Source: Gammaproteobacteria bacterium
GTDB lineage: Bacteria > Pseudomonadota > Gammaproteobacteria > Magnimaribacterales > TMED112
Length of the DNA stretch: 64,000 nt
Assembly (NCBI GenBank): GCA_045563435.1
Contig: JBJLJD010000008.1
Span: 46,241 to 110,240 of the forward strand
Reading direction: 5' to 3'
Position numbers and translations under genes: made by a program. The notes under the pieces were generated by a model. The model had not been told where the DNA came from. It worked only from the letters and a program-made list of their open reading frames with translations, and made no database searches. Shown piece after piece: positions 10,112-18,679 of the stretch (positions are counted from its first letter, which is position 1; every line of letters starts with the position of its first letter).

Positions 10112-11229
10112 TAATCAAACTCCTTTTTAAGAATTTTACCAGCACTTACAACGGTAGCACTTTGTAAAATTTCATCTTCTAGATTTAAATTAAAGGATTT
10201 TTTTTCATTGTCATAAAAATCTGAAATGAGATTGATAAAGTTATTACTTAAAGCAAAGGATGCGTGACTTGAAACATAAGATGGCAAGTTACTAAACCCA
10301 ACAACATTTACACCATTTATATTTTCTATTGAGTCAATCTTTGAACCCTCTACATTTCCACCAGTCTCAATCGCCATATCAAAAACAACACTTCCTTCTT
10401 TCATGGCTTTTATTGTATTTAAGTCAATTAATTTTGGAGCAGGCTTTCCAAAGATTTGTGCTGTTGTAATTACGATATCAGATTTCTTACAAACATCAGC
10501 TTGTAGATTTTTTTGTAATTTAAGTTGTTCTTTTGTTAATTCTTGAGCATAACCTTGCGAAGTTTCTCCAGTATTACCAAGATCTATCTTTACAAACTTC
10601 GCCCCCAGAGATTTTACTTGCTCCTCAACAATTGGTCTTGTATCAAAAGCTTCGACCTTAGCTCCTAACCTTTTTGCAGTTGCAATAGCTTGCAAACCAG
10701 CAACACCCACACCTATAACAAAAACATTGGCAGGCTTTAATGTTCCGGCGGCAGTCATCATCATTGGCAAAGCTGCATTCAGTAATTTTGCAGATTCAAT
10801 TACTGCTACATATCCTGCCAAGTTAGACTGACTTGATAAAACATCCATTTTTTGAGCTCTAGTTATTCTTGGTATAAATTCCATACTTATGGCAGTATTG
10901 CCTCTCTTTTTAAATTGTTGAAACTGTTCCATATTGTTGAAAGGATTAAGAAGACCCATAAAAATTGAATTAATTTTCATATCCATGATTTCATCGTCAT
11001 TCAATTTTCCTGGAGAAAGCAAAATATCGGACGATCTAATACAATCATCTCGTGATTTGCTTCTAGCACCAATTTTCTCGAATTTGCTGTCAGTCGTGCA
11101 AATGCCATTACCAGCTCCACTTTCAAAAATGACTTCTATACCCATATCAAAAAGGTACTTAATAGTGTCAGGATGAATGGCTGATCTAAAGTCTTTTTTA
11201 TCGGTTGATGAAATTGCTCCAAGGATCAT
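10111..11229 (-). CDS. pntAA: NAD(P) transhydrogenase subunit alpha, part 1 (dI)
   Basis: 372 aa, alanine-dehydrogenase/PNT fold, NAD-binding 'VIGVGVAGLQAIATAKRLGA'. Confidence 0.92.
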   Translation of the reverse strand: MILGAISSTDKKDFRSAIHPDTIKYLFDMGIEVIFESGAGNGICTTDSKFEKIGARSKSRDDCIRSSDILLSPGKLNDDEIMDMKINSIFMGLLNPFNNMEQFQQFKKRGNTAISMEFIPRITRAQKMDVLSSQSNLAGYVAVIESAKLLNAALPMMMTAAGTLKPANVFVIGVGVAGLQAIATAKRLGAKVEAFDTRPIVEEQVKSLGAKFVKIDLGNTGETSQGYAQELTKEQLKLQKNLQADVCKKSDIVITTAQIFGKPAPKLIDLNTIKAMKEGSVVFDMAIETGGNVEGSKIDSIENINGVNVVGFSNLPSYVSSHASFALSNNFINLISDFYDNEKKSFNLNLEDEILQSATVVSAGKILKKEFD

Positions 11230-11275
11230 AAAAGTTTAAAAGATTTATATTTTGACATTAATTATACTTTAACCA

Positions 11276-11968
11276 ATGGAAAATTTTGATAAATCAGAAA
11301 TAGAAAAGTTTAGTTCTTTAGCTGATCAGTGGTGGGATCCATCTGGCAAGTTCAAGCCTCTTCACCTAATTAACCCTTTAAGAGCTGATTACATTTCAAG
11401 TAAAGTTAATTTAAATAGCAAAAAAATTCTAGATGTAGGTTGCGGTGGAGGCATTTTAGCAGAGTCTTTAGCATTAAAAGGTGCGAAGGTGAAGGGAATT
11501 GATTTAGCTGATGGTCCTTTAGAAGTAGCAAAAATAAGGGAGCAAAAAAGAAAGCTTGGAATAACTTATGAGAAGATTGAAACTTCTAAATTAATTAAGA
11601 AAAAAGAAAAATTTGATGTAATTACCTGTTTAGAGATGCTAGAACATGTTCCCGATCCAGGAAAGACCGTTAAAGAGTGTTCAGAATTATTAAATAATAA
11701 TGGTGATATTTTCTTTTCTACAATTAACAGAAATCTAAAAGCATTTACTTTAGCAATTCTTGGGGCTGAGTATATATTAAATATATTGCCGAAGGGAACA
11801 CATGACTATGAAAAGCTTATCAAACCCTCAGAACTCTTAACTTACATAGATAAGGGTGGTTTAAATTTCTTAGAAATTAAAGGAATGACATATATTCCCT
11901 TTTTCGATGTTGTGAAATTATCAAATGATCCGTCCGTTAACTATATAATCCATGCCCGAAAAAAATAA
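11276..11968 (+). CDS. ubiG: bifunctional 3-demethylubiquinol / 2-polyprenyl-6-hydroxyphenol O-methyltransferase
   Basis: 'WWDPSGKFKPLHLINPLR', SAM motif 'LDVGCGGGILAESLA', 'CLEMLEHVPDP'. Confidence 0.9.
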   Translation: MENFDKSEIEKFSSLADQWWDPSGKFKPLHLINPLRADYISSKVNLNSKKILDVGCGGGILAESLALKGAKVKGIDLADGPLEVAKIREQKRKLGITYEKIETSKLIKKKEKFDVITCLEMLEHVPDPGKTVKECSELLNNNGDIFFSTINRNLKAFTLAILGAEYILNILPKGTHDYEKLIKPSELLTYIDKGGLNFLEIKGMTYIPFFDVVKLSNDPSVNYIIHARKK

Positions 11969-12602
11969 AGCACTAATTTTTGATCTTGATGGAACACTTC
12001 TTAATTCTGCAATTAATTTTCATAAAATTGTGAATGAACTAAAGTCAGAGAAAGGGCAAAAAGATTCACCATTTGATGATGTCAGAAAATTTTCTTCCCG
12101 TGGAGCATATCTTGTTTTAAGAAACTGTTTTAAAAATGAAAGTGAAGAAGAAATAAATAATCTTAAAAGAGAGTTTTTAAAACGCTATCACTCTTCAATG
12201 ATAGAGGAAATTAACTTATATCCAGATGTAGATAATTTAGTAAGAAAAATGACGGAAAAAAAATTACCGTGGGGAATAATGACTAATAAATCAAATACAT
12301 ATACTACTCCTATTATGCAAAAATTAGGATGGGACAAACTTACATCTGCCATCGTTTGTCCTGAAGATGTATCAGAGGCAAAACCAAATCCGGAAGGAGT
12401 TTTAAAATGCTTAGAGATTCTAAATGCAGATACTAAAAGATCATTTTATATTGGTGATCATGAAAGGGATATAATTACAGGTAAAAATGCAGGATTACAA
12501 ACAATAGCATGTACTTATGGTTACTTTGAATCCGATCCGTTTACTTGGCAAGCTGACTTTCTTGTGAATGAGCCAATCGAACTGCAAGAGTTTTTAAAGT
12601 GA
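11952..12602 (+). CDS. HAD-superfamily phosphatase (phosphoglycolate phosphatase / MupP-like)
   Basis: 'LIFDLDGTLLNS' DxDxT motif and 'IGDHERDIITGKNAG'. The ubiG-HAD-SDR order matches the Pseudomonas ubiG-mupP-yciK block. Substrate cannot be assigned from sequence. Confidence 0.75.
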   Translation: MPEKNKALIFDLDGTLLNSAINFHKIVNELKSEKGQKDSPFDDVRKFSSRGAYLVLRNCFKNESEEEINNLKREFLKRYHSSMIEEINLYPDVDNLVRKMTEKKLPWGIMTNKSNTYTTPIMQKLGWDKLTSAIVCPEDVSEAKPNPEGVLKCLEILNADTKRSFYIGDHERDIITGKNAGLQTIACTYGYFESDPFTWQADFLVNEPIELQEFLK

Positions 12603-13333
12603 AAATACCAAAATTTAAACTTATTATAAATTCCTTAAAAGAACAGACAATAATAGTGACTGGAGCAGGTTCAGGAATTGGAAGGGCTCTTTCTTTTGAA
12701 CTCGCCAAAAATAATGCAGATTTAATTTTATTATCAAGAGATCAAGAAAAATTGGATTCTTTACAAGATGATATTAAAGGGAAATTTGGAATTGAACCTC
12801 TTACAGTTGAATTCGACTTTTTTAAAGCAAAAGAAAGTGAATATAACTTTCTCATTGAAAATCTTATAGATAATTACACAAAAATTGATGGATTAGTTCA
12901 TGTGGCTGGAATCCTTGGGTATCTTTCTCCATTTACGAGCACTTCACTTTCACAGCTTGAAACTGTCATGAAAGTTAATTTTGAAAGTAATTTTCTGCTG
13001 ACAAAGGCTTTGATGCCGTTATTAGAAAAGTCAGAGTGTCCATCAGTAATATTTACATCTTCGGGAGTTGGAAGAAAAGGACGAGCGTTTTGGACTTCAT
13101 ACTCAATCTCAAAATTTGCTGTAGAAGGATTAATGCAAGTACTTGCAGATGAATATGAAGGTAGAATTAAATTTAATTCCTTTAACCCAGGTCCAACAAG
13201 AACTAAAATGAGAGAACAGGCCTTTCCTGCTGAGGATCCTCTAACATTAAAGAGTGCCCAAGATGTCGCGAAGTGTTATTTATGGTTGCTGTCAAAAGAA
13301 TGTAAAGTAACAGGAAAAAGTTATGACTATTGA
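12599..13333 (+). CDS. short-chain dehydrogenase/reductase (YciK-like)
   Basis: 'VTGAGSGIGRA' cofactor motif and 'YSISKFAVEGL' YxxxK. Confidence 0.8.
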   Translation: MKIPKFKLIINSLKEQTIIVTGAGSGIGRALSFELAKNNADLILLSRDQEKLDSLQDDIKGKFGIEPLTVEFDFFKAKESEYNFLIENLIDNYTKIDGLVHVAGILGYLSPFTSTSLSQLETVMKVNFESNFLLTKALMPLLEKSECPSVIFTSSGVGRKGRAFWTSYSISKFAVEGLMQVLADEYEGRIKFNSFNPGPTRTKMREQAFPAEDPLTLKSAQDVAKCYLWLLSKECKVTGKSYDY

Positions 13334-13562
13334 AGATATGATTGACTCCCTCAAAAAAGGTGTAGTAAATATTACTTTTAAAAAAATTGACTCTGGTGAA
13401 ATTAGAAAAATGCCCTCAACTCTCAAATCAGACCTAATACCAGACGGAACAAAGATTCAAAGCATTTCATCTAATAGTGACACCATTATGGTATGGTCAC
13501 TTGATAAAAATGCATGGAGAGATATAAGAGTTGATACTATAAGCTCTTGGGAAGTTGTATAG
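13323..13562 (+). CDS. small hypothetical protein, DUF2693 / SH3-beta-barrel-like (phage-associated family, recalled from memory)
   Basis: 79 aa. 'VVNITFKKIDSGEIRKM...TIMVWSLDKNAWRDIRVDTI' resembles the DUF2693 pattern (xTFxKxdGexRxm...vWDxxkxxWRsfrxdsv). Overlaps the SDR stop by 11 nt and the rluB 3' end by 26 nt. Confidence 0.5.
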   Translation: MTIEDMIDSLKKGVVNITFKKIDSGEIRKMPSTLKSDLIPDGTKIQSISSNSDTIMVWSLDKNAWRDIRVDTISSWEVV

Positions 13563-14301
13563 AGTATTTTTTTAAAAAACTTTCAATATCTTTTTTTGAA
13601 AGATTTTTCCATTGCCCTTTTTTCAATGTGTCTGGTAAAAAAATTGAGCCAAATCTTACTCTTATAAGTCTATTAACAGTCAACTTTTGTGTTTCCCAGA
13701 GTTTTCGAACTTCCCTATTTTTTCCTGAAAAAATACATACATAAAACCAATTATTTTTCGATGATCCAGATTTTTTTACTGGTGCTATATCAGAGAAACT
13801 ACAAAGCTCTCCTCCAATTTTTACGCCTTCAACTAAATTTGAAATTTTTTTGTCTGTAGTTTCTCCATAAACTCTACATAAGTATTCTCTGTCAATACCT
13901 GAGCTTGGATGCATCAATACATTTACTAGATCGCCATTGTTTGAGAATAAAATTAATCCTGAAGTATTTACATCAAGACGACCAACCATAATCCACTTGC
14001 CATTTTTTCTTTCAGGCAAATGATTAAATACATTATCATGAGATTCCTTATTGGAATTTGAACAAATTTGTCCTACAGGCTTATGATAAATTAAGATTTC
14101 TGTCTTTGGATTTAAGTCAACAACAATTTCTTCGCCATTTATATAAAGCACGTCGCCATTAGAAATAAAATCTGTAAATCTTGCATTTTTATTATTTAAA
14201 AGAATTTTTGAACTTTTGAAGAAATCTCCTGTATCTCTTCTATTTGTTAAACCTAAGTTAGAAAGGTATTTGCCAATTTTTTCTTTAGACTTCTTTCTCA
14301 T
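13537..14301 (-). CDS. rluB: 23S rRNA pseudouridine synthase (RsuA/RluB family)
   Basis: S4-like N-terminus and 'GRLDVNTSGLILFSNNG' catalytic-Asp motif. scpA-scpB-rluB order. Confidence 0.85.
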   Translation of the reverse strand: MRKKSKEKIGKYLSNLGLTNRRDTGDFFKSSKILLNNKNARFTDFISNGDVLYINGEEIVVDLNPKTEILIYHKPVGQICSNSNKESHDNVFNHLPERKNGKWIMVGRLDVNTSGLILFSNNGDLVNVLMHPSSGIDREYLCRVYGETTDKKISNLVEGVKIGGELCSFSDIAPVKKSGSSKNNWFYVCIFSGKNREVRKLWETQKLTVNRLIRVRFGSIFLPDTLKKGQWKNLSKKDIESFLKKYSIQLPKSL

Positions 14302-14866
14302 CGACCTGATCTGTCTTCACCTCTAGTGCTAGCTCAGGACTGATATTGATTGGATCTGGCAATTCGGGCAGTTTTGGTAAATCATCTAAATGTTTCATTG
14401 AGAAATCATCTAAAAATTTATTAGTAGTTATAAAAAGAGCAGGTCGTCCAGGAACATCTCTATATCCTTTAATTTTAATCCAACCCTGGTCAATAAGAAG
14501 TTTGACAACATTTGTTGCAACATTAACGCCTCTTACATCCTCAATATCTCCTCTAGTGACAGGCTGCATATAGGCAATTATAGAAAGTGTTTCAAGAGTA
14601 GCTTTAGAGAGTCTTAATGGTTTAATTTCCCATAATTTTGCAATATCCTCTGAAAATTCTTGTTTAATTTGCAATCTGTAGCCATTAGAAACTTCTACTA
14701 AATTACTAGGTCTATTTTCATATTCTTTTTGAAGATTAAAAATTGCATTCAAAATCTCTGACTCCTCTTCTTCCGATGAAATTTCTAACATTTCTTTGAA
14801 ATCTGTTATTGATAGTGGTCTATTAGCAGCTAAAAGTAGTGCTTCAATTCTTGATTTAATATCCAT
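14285..14866 (-). CDS. scpB: segregation and condensation protein B
   Basis: 193 aa, tandem winged-helix ScpB pattern ('EALLLAANRPLS', 'AYMQPVTRGDIEDVRGV'). Follows scpA with a 1-nt overlap. Confidence 0.88.
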   Translation of the reverse strand: MDIKSRIEALLLAANRPLSITDFKEMLEISSEEEESEILNAIFNLQKEYENRPSNLVEVSNGYRLQIKQEFSEDIAKLWEIKPLRLSKATLETLSIIAYMQPVTRGDIEDVRGVNVATNVVKLLIDQGWIKIKGYRDVPGRPALFITTNKFLDDFSMKHLDDLPKLPELPDPINISPELALEVKTDQVDEKEV

Positions 14867-15663
14867 TAATGAAAAGCCTCCTCAGAGCTTTTGAAATAAA
14901 CTTCACTAAATTGCTCTGCCTGTACGATCTCAACATAACCTTTTTTATTTAACTCAAGTCCTGCAACTAAAATTACAGAGATAGCTAGTTTAGACTCCCC
15001 TTTTTGAACGAGTTCTGGCAAAGATATAAAATCTCTGTCTTTCAATATATTTAAAATTTGTTTCATTTTTGATTCAACAGTTATATTTTCAAAAGTAATC
15101 TTATGACTTTGTAGCCTATCCATCTCAGATAAAAGATTTTTTAATGCAAATGCCAAATCAGCTTTCTCATAATTATTTTTTGGTTTTGGAAGCTCAAATT
15201 CTGGGATTTTAGCGGACGCAGGAAAAATATCTCTATCAATTCTTGGCATGGTGTCAATTTCTAAAGATATATCCTTGAACCTTTTATACTCTTGAAGTCT
15301 TCGAATTAATTCTGCTTTCGGATCATCTTCTTCTTCATCATTTATTTCTTCGCGTGGTAAAAGAATTCTTGATTTTACTTCAGCTAGATATGCAGCCATT
15401 GCTAAATAATCTCCAGCAAGTTCATATTCAAAGTCGTCCATCATATCTATATATGCTATATATTGATCTGTGATTTCAACTAGATTCACCTCTAAAATAT
15501 CAAGGTTTTTTCTTTGTACAAGATACAAAAGAAAATCCATTGGGCCTGAAAAAACATCAAGGAGAAGTAGTAGAGCTTTTGGAGGTATGTATAAATTTTC
15601 TGGAAGGGAGTCTACAGTACTCCCTTTAACTCTTGGTAAAGCTATTTCCTGAGCTATTTCCAT
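14866..15663 (-). CDS. scpA: segregation and condensation protein A (kleisin)
   Basis: 265 aa. 'FSGPMDFLLYLVQRKNLDILEVNLVEITDQY' is a typical ScpA N-terminus. Confidence 0.88.
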   Translation of the reverse strand: MEIAQEIALPRVKGSTVDSLPENLYIPPKALLLLLDVFSGPMDFLLYLVQRKNLDILEVNLVEITDQYIAYIDMMDDFEYELAGDYLAMAAYLAEVKSRILLPREEINDEEEDDPKAELIRRLQEYKRFKDISLEIDTMPRIDRDIFPASAKIPEFELPKPKNNYEKADLAFALKNLLSEMDRLQSHKITFENITVESKMKQILNILKDRDFISLPELVQKGESKLAISVILVAGLELNKKGYVEIVQAEQFSEVYFKSSEEAFH

Positions 15664-15798
15664 ACACTACATATTGTATATAAAAATCAATTTAAATACT
15701 AAATATTGTGTTTTAATTTTTTTTTAGACTTTTTTTTAAAAATAACAGCATAAGCAAACATAATCTTAATTAGTAGGGTAAAATTTACCTTCTTAAAC

Positions 15799-16851
15799 AT
15801 GATGTATATAACTGACAATAGCAGAATTTTATCAAGAGAAGAGCTTTCGACTCCTGAAGAGATTACAAACGAGATACCTTTAGACAAAGAGTCCTCAAAA
15901 TTAATATTTGGAGCAAGAAGCAATATAAGCAAAATTCTTCATGGTCTGGATGACAGAATTATTGCAGTTGTAGGTCCATGCTCTATTCATGACCCAAAGG
16001 CAGCAATTGAATATGCGAAAAGACTTAAACTCCTTGCTGAAAAAATTGAAGATGAAGTAGTTGTTATTATGCGAGTATATTTTGAAAAACCACGTACAAC
16101 TGTAGGATGGAAGGGTTTAATTAATGATCCAAGAATAGATAATTCTTTTAAAATAAATGAAGGGCTAAGAGTTGCTAGGAAGGTCTTGAGAGATATAGCG
16201 AATCTAGGCCTTCCTGCGGGAACTGAATTTTTAGATCTAATATCTCCGCAATATATTTCAGACCTTGTTAGTTGGGGGGCTATTGGCGCAAGAACTTCTG
16301 AGAGTCAAGTTCACAGAGAGCTAACATCAGGTCTTTCATGCCCTGTTGGCATCAAAAACTCAACAAATGGTGAGTTTAAAGCTGCTATTGACGGGATGAA
16401 GTCCGCACAATATCAACATGTTTTTTTAGGAACCACTAAGCAAGGAAAGGTTGCTATCTTCAAAACCTCAGGAAATGATGACACACACATAATTTTAAGA
16501 GGTGGCAAGCAACCAAATTACGAAGCTAAAGATATTCAAAAATGTTTAAAAGAACTTGAAAAATCAGAAGTGAATAAATGTATTATGGTTGATTTTAGTC
16601 ATGGTAATAGTCAAAAAATTCCTAGCAATCAAAAAAAGGTATGTCAGTCAGTTTGTAAGCAAATCGAGACTGGAAATAAAAATATTGTAGGTATAATGAT
16701 TGAAAGTAATATTGAAGAAGGTAATCAAAAAATATCTGATAATATGGAGTATGGAAAAAGCATTACTGATGCCTGTCTTGGATGGGAAGATACTGAAATT
16801 TTATTAAAAGATCTGTCCTCTTCAGTAAAAAAGAGAAGAAATATTGGATAA
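15799..16851 (+). CDS. 3-deoxy-7-phosphoheptulonate (DAHP) synthase, class I-alpha
   Basis: 'GPCSIHD', 'KPRTTVGWKGL', 'DFSHGNS'. Feedback isozyme type (F/G/H) is not assignable. Confidence 0.92.
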   Translation: MMYITDNSRILSREELSTPEEITNEIPLDKESSKLIFGARSNISKILHGLDDRIIAVVGPCSIHDPKAAIEYAKRLKLLAEKIEDEVVVIMRVYFEKPRTTVGWKGLINDPRIDNSFKINEGLRVARKVLRDIANLGLPAGTEFLDLISPQYISDLVSWGAIGARTSESQVHRELTSGLSCPVGIKNSTNGEFKAAIDGMKSAQYQHVFLGTTKQGKVAIFKTSGNDDTHIILRGGKQPNYEAKDIQKCLKELEKSEVNKCIMVDFSHGNSQKIPSNQKKVCQSVCKQIETGNKNIVGIMIESNIEEGNQKISDNMEYGKSITDACLGWEDTEILLKDLSSSVKKRRNIG

Positions 16852-17647
16852 AAAATTTTCATTTTCGAAGGATATCGCTTCAACAATAGGTTTAGAGTGC
16901 GCGGTAATCTACGAGTTCTTAAAAAATAAAAAAACTGATTACATTACAATAAGCGAATTGAATGATGAGCTAAATTTTTGGCCTAATCGAAAAATAATTG
17001 AGTACGTCGCTGAATTAGATCAAAAGGGTTTAATAAGCTTTGATTTAAAAAAGGGAAGGTTAAGGATAAAAAACAAAATTAGTAAAACTAAACTCCAAAC
17101 TCCAAAATCATTTGATAAATCAGAAATGGGAATAAATTGGCAGCCATCAGATGATGTTGTTGAGATTTTGCTTAAAGCAGAAATTAATGAAGAGTTTATT
17201 CTCAACTTAATTCCTGAATTTAGAGTTTATTGGATGGAGAAGCCTGGAATTCATGTATCTTATAATTCAAAGTTCATTGAGTATGCTAGGTTTAAATGGG
17301 CCCAATACACTGCAGAGGTAGACACTAGAACCAAACCCTTTGTTATTGATGATAGTTGGCAACCATCAGATGAGTGTAGAGAAGTATTGTCATTATCTGG
17401 AATATCAGAGGATTTTGCTAATGAAAAAATTCTTGATTTTATTTTATATTGGAAACAAGACGGTAGAGCTTTCAATACATGGGATGTTAAATTCTTAAAT
17501 CACGTAAAAAATTGTTGGAATAAAGAAGTTGAAAAAATTAAAAAAGAGCCCAAAGCTAATATCGATTTTTATGAAGCTGAAGAAAAACCAAAATCAAAAA
17601 AATCAAACTTAAATCTGAAAAAATACAGAAAAAAATACAATATCTAG
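16844..17647 (+). CDS. hypothetical protein with N-terminal winged-helix-like region and two tandem DnaT-like (DnaT_2) domains
   Basis: TTG start overlapping the DAHP synthase stop. Two 54-aa repeats, W99-W152 and W172-W225, both 'WQPSD...(I/L)x(E/D)Fxx YW...(K)F(I/L)..(V/A)+..W'. Lys-rich tail. Confidence 0.5.
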   Translation: MDKKFSFSKDIASTIGLECAVIYEFLKNKKTDYITISELNDELNFWPNRKIIEYVAELDQKGLISFDLKKGRLRIKNKISKTKLQTPKSFDKSEMGINWQPSDDVVEILLKAEINEEFILNLIPEFRVYWMEKPGIHVSYNSKFIEYARFKWAQYTAEVDTRTKPFVIDDSWQPSDECREVLSLSGISEDFANEKILDFILYWKQDGRAFNTWDVKFLNHVKNCWNKEVEKIKKEPKANIDFYEAEEKPKSKKSNLNLKKYRKKYNI

Positions 17648-17680
17648 CAACTAAAATTAGTTTTTATTGGTATTAAGAAC

Positions 17681-18679
17681 ATGAATAATAAAAATATAAG
17701 AATGGCAGGGATTATACTGGGCGGTGTTTTCATCTGGATGCTTTTAGGGCTCTTTGCTCCAAGTGAGAGAAAGCCTGAAACTAGAGATGTTGAAAAGCAA
17801 ACAGTTTTAACTGTAAATTCTGCAGCCCAAGACTATAGTCTGCCAATAAGCATACAGTCGATTTCAGAGGCATTTTCAAAAGTTGATTTAAGATCACAAA
17901 CATCAGAGAAGGTGAAAAAAATACATTTTCTCGATGGTGAATTTGTGAAAAAAGATCAAGTAATTTGTGAATTAGAACCAGGACAGAAATATGCAAACTT
18001 TAAAAAATCTGAAATACAATATGAGTCATCAAAAAATCTTTATGATAAAGGGCTTATTTCTGAATCAGGATTAGTAACTTCTGAAGCAACATATGAAGCA
18101 TCAAAGGTTGATTATGAAAGAACGAAAATTAAAGCCTCATTTGATGGTTTTGTAGAAAACCTAGCAAAAGAAGGACAACTTCTTCAGAATGGTCAGTTGT
18201 GTGCCTCCTTGATTTCTTTATCTCCATTAAAGATTGTTGGAAATGTTTCAGAACTTTTAGTTAATAAAGTAAAAATTGGACAAAATGTTACTGTGAAATT
18301 CCTTTCAGGTGAGGAGTACAAGTCAAATTTGACCTTTATAAGCTCCTCAGCTGATAAACAAACTAAAACATTTCAAGTCGAAACTGAAATTAAAAATGTT
18401 TCGAATCTTATCAAAGATGGCTTAACAGGTACAATGACAATCTTTACTGATCCGGAAAAGGCTCACTTTATTCCAACATCAGCATTTTTGTTAGCCGACA
18501 ACGGAAATGTTTCACTAGCATTAGTCATTGATGAGAAAATAGAAATAGTTGTTGTGAAGATTCTTAGAGACACAATTGAAGGGGCTTGGGTTAGTGGGCT
18601 ACCAAATTTATCAAGAATAGTAGTAGCAGGCCAAGGATTTGTTACACAAGGCGAAGAGGTAAATTTTAAGGATAAATAA
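17681..18679 (+). CDS. efflux RND transporter periplasmic adaptor (membrane fusion protein)
   Basis: N-terminal TM anchor and biotinyl-lipoyl/beta-barrel MFP pattern. 1-nt overlap with the RND pump gene. Confidence 0.85.
   Translation: MNNKNIRMAGIILGGVFIWMLLGLFAPSERKPETRDVEKQTVLTVNSAAQDYSLPISIQSISEAFSKVDLRSQTSEKVKKIHFLDGEFVKKDQVICELEPGQKYANFKKSEIQYESSKNLYDKGLISESGLVTSEATYEASKVDYERTKIKASFDGFVENLAKEGQLLQNGQLCASLISLSPLKIVGNVSELLVNKVKIGQNVTVKFLSGEEYKSNLTFISSSADKQTKTFQVETEIKNVSNLIKDGLTGTMTIFTDPEKAHFIPTSAFLLADNGNVSLALVIDEKIEIVVVKILRDTIEGAWVSGLPNLSRIVVAGQGFVTQGEEVNFKDK

Noticed and set aside
15778-15788. Short palindrome GTAAA-A-TTTAC just upstream of the DAHP synthase start (a possible TyrR-box-like operator)
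   Set aside because: TyrR boxes are TGTAAA-N6-TTTACA. This element has the half-sites but 1-nt spacing, and it is only 11 bp long in AT-rich DNA. The evidence is insufficient.
15699-15932. 77-aa minus-strand ORF in the scpA/DAHP-synthase divergent region
   Set aside because: It overlaps the 5' end of the well-supported DAHP synthase gene. It is low-complexity (Lys/Ile/Leu/Ser-rich, as expected from AT-rich DNA) and has no recognisable motif. Most likely a shadow ORF.
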